Source: an uncultured Planctomycetaceae bacterium
GTDB taxonomy: Bacteria > Planctomycetota > Planctomycetia > Planctomycetales > Planctomycetaceae
Assembly (NCBI GenBank): GCA_963815195.1
Contig: CAWFGE010000015.1
Span: 352,001-416,000, forward strand
Length of the DNA: 64,000 bases
Direction of reading: 5' to 3'
Positions 61,901-64,000 of the stretch are shown piece by piece; positions within the stretch are counted from its first letter, which is position 1; each line of letters opens with the position of its first letter. The position numbers and the translations under genes were made by a program. The notes beneath the pieces are model-generated. The model saw only the letters and a program-made list of their open reading frames with translations. It did no database searches and was not told the DNA's origin.

Positions 61901-64000
61901 TTAATCCACATACAAAAACTCATTCGAGTTAAACAACACATGGCAGAAGTCGGTGAGTTTTTCGCCGTTTTCTTTGTCGTCGGTGCCGTACACGAAGGTT
62001 TTCGCGGCTTTTAGTTCTTCGGGACTGGGATTGCGGCCCCAGGTGGTTTGGATCGCGGTTTCGATCGTGTCCGCCGGGGTGGAATTTTGCTTCCGCAATC
62101 GCTCGGCGAGTTTTTTGGCCTGGCCCAGAGAGTATGGGCCGTTGATCATCAACAGCGACTGCGTGGGCGTAGTGGTCGTGTTTCGTTCGGGCACGCTCTT
62201 GAGGCCGTTCGCCATGTCGAAGGCGCTCAAAAACGGATCGGGCGTGTTGCGGAGGGCTTTGACATACAGGCCGCGGCGGGGGACCTTGGCGTCGACGCTG
62301 GGGCCGCCGACTTTGGGTTGAAGCTCGCCGCTGGCCAGGAGCATCGCATCGCGGATTTGCTCGGCGTCCAACCGGCGGATCCGCGAGCGCCAGAGCAGCG
62401 TCTCGCCCGGGTCTTTCTGTTGATATTTCGCCGCTGCGGGATGATGCGCCGACTGCCGCCAGGTGGCGGAGGTGAGAATCAGCCTGTGCAGCGCCTTCAT
62501 GCTCCAGCCATTTTCCACATAGGTCTTGGTCAGCCAATCCAAAAGCTGGGGATGCGTGGGCGGTTGGCCGAGGTGTCCGAAATCGCTCGCGGACGGGGCG
62601 ATGCCCTGGCCGAAGTGGTACTGCCAGACACGGTTGACGATGACCCGCGTGGTGAGCGGGTTGTCGGGGCTGCCGATCCATTCCGCGAGCGCGGTCCGCC
62701 GGCCGGTGGTGTGCGAATCGACCGAAAGCTCCGGCCGATCGCCACCGAGCACGGTCAGAAAGCCCGGCTGGACGGTTTCGGGATCCGAGCCGACGGGAAT
62801 GACCGTGGGGGAAATCTCGCCTGCGAAATCGGTGACGGTCATCACCTCGCCGAGCGGTTTGGGTTTGATATCGTCAAACGCCGCGAGTTCTTTTTGGAGG
62901 GCCTCGTATTTGGCCTTGTCGTCTTTCTTCATGCTCTTTAAGGGCCCGCCGCCTTCTTCTTCGAACTGGCGGGACACGAGATAGGCCATCTGATGCTCCC
63001 ACGAGTTCCGCTCGGCCACCGGCTTATAGAACGCGGCCTGGATGTCCAAGGGAAACTTGTCGGCGGTCGATTTCCATTTCTTGTCGTAATAAGGTTTTAA
63101 GAGGGCGTCGATCTTGGCGCGAATCTCCGCCGTTTGTTCTTCCCAGGCGGCTTTTTGTTTTTCGTATTCCTGTTTTTGGTCGTTCGTCGCGTAGGGAATG
63201 TCGTCCCGCCAGATCAAAGGCTCGAAGAACGCCCGCAGCTTGAAATAGTCCTTTTGCAGGAGCGGATCGAATTTGTGATCGTGGCAGCGGGCGCAGGCCA
63301 TGCCCATCCCCAAAAACACGTCGCCCGTGACATCGGTGATCTCGTTCATGATGTCGTCCCAATGCGAGCGGGCGTCGCGCTGGTTGTATTCGTAAATCCC
63401 CAGCCGCAAATAGCCGACGGCCGCGAGAGGCTCGGGATCGCCAGAGGGCATCTCGTCGCCCGCGAGCTGCTCGCGCACAAATTCGGGATAAGGCTTGTCG
63501 CTGTTGAAGGAATCGATGACGTAATCGCGATACCGCCACAGTTGCGGGCGGAAGGCGTCCTGGTTCCAACCGTCGGACTCGGCGAAGCGGACGACATCCA
63601 GCCAATGCCTGGCCCAATGCTCGCCGTACCGCGGATCGTCCAACAGCCGATCGATCAGATTCTCCCAAGCCTTCGGCGAGTCATCGCGGATAAAGGCGTC
63701 GACTTCCTCGGGCGTCGGCGGCAGGCCGATGAGATCGAAATACAGCCGGCGGACCAGCGTCAATCGATCGGCTTCGGGCGCCGGATGCATGCCCTTTTCG
63801 GCGAGGCGGTGATAGACGAAGCGGTCGATCGCATTCGCGGACCAGTGGTCGCCTTCGTCTTTCGGGACAGCGGGTTTTTCCACCGGCTGGAAGGCCCACC
63901 ATGTTTTATCGCTTTCGGTGATCTTCACCGAGCCTTCCCGCAGTGGGCCGAGGTTCTCCGGCCAGACGGCGTTCTCGCGAATCCAGCGCTCGAAGCGGGC
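61901..64000 (-). CDS. DUF1549/DUF1553 (planctomycete cytochrome c-associated) protein, 5' end outside the window
   Basis: WWAFQP, YGEHWARHWLDVVRFAES, CARCHDHKFD, RVIVNRVWQYHFGQG and FNSNEFLYVD motifs. Confidence 0.92.
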   Translation of the reverse strand, partial: ARFERWIRENAVWPENLGPLREGSVKITESDKTWWAFQPVEKPAVPKDEGDHWSANAIDRFVYHRLAEKGMHPAPEADRLTLVRRLYFDLIGLPPTPEEVDAFIRDDSPKAWENLIDRLLDDPRYGEHWARHWLDVVRFAESDGWNQDAFRPQLWRYRDYVIDSFNSDKPYPEFVREQLAGDEMPSGDPEPLAAVGYLRLGIYEYNQRDARSHWDDIMNEITDVTGDVFLGMGMACARCHDHKFDPLLQKDYFKLRAFFEPLIWRDDIPYATNDQKQEYEKQKAAWEEQTAEIRAKIDALLKPYYDKKWKSTADKFPLDIQAAFYKPVAERNSWEHQMAYLVSRQFEEEGGGPLKSMKKDDKAKYEALQKELAAFDDIKPKPLGEVMTVTDFAGEISPTVIPVGSDPETVQPGFLTVLGGDRPELSVDSHTTGRRTALAEWIGSPDNPLTTRVIVNRVWQYHFGQGIAPSASDFGHLGQPPTHPQLLDWLTKTYVENGWSMKALHRLILTSATWRQSAHHPAAAKYQQKDPGETLLWRSRIRRLDAEQIRDAMLLASGELQPKVGGPSVDAKVPRRGLYVKALRNTPDPFLSAFDMANGLKSVPERNTTTTPTQSLLMINGPYSLGQAKKLAERLRKQNSTPADTIETAIQTTWGRNPSPEELKAAKTFVYGTDDKENGEKLTDFCHVLFNSNEFLYVD

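Overview
GC-rich bacterial window that looks like Planctomycetota (inferred from the DUF1501, DUF1549/DUF1553, sulfatase and DUF4159 genes). Left to right: (1) the right end of an integrative element, with an excisionase-like gene and a tyrosine integrase converging on tRNA-Ser(GGA). (2) An approximately 19.5-kb minus-strand operon: DUF1549/1553, DUF1501, two large TPR proteins with Ig-like repeats (one about 2,400 aa once frameshifts are joined), one ExbB/TolQ, two different ExbD/TolR, a membrane-anchored DUF4159 protein and another TPR protein. This is a candidate uncharacterised pmf-driven envelope machine. (3) Ordinary catabolic and signalling genes. (4) Many intergenic palindromic repeats, including four GTAG-type REP variants with co-varying stems. 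At 36-37.5 kb and 54.5-61.9 kb these repeats directly border foreign-looking DNA: orphan genes, toxin-tip/immunity-like pairs, and HicB and IstB fragments cut at REP ends, plus an Rhs fragment next to an IS4-type element. This suggests REP-mediated gene capture. Many genes carry single-base frameshifts that are most likely sequencing or assembly indels. Family assignments come from motif recognition only; no database searches were run.
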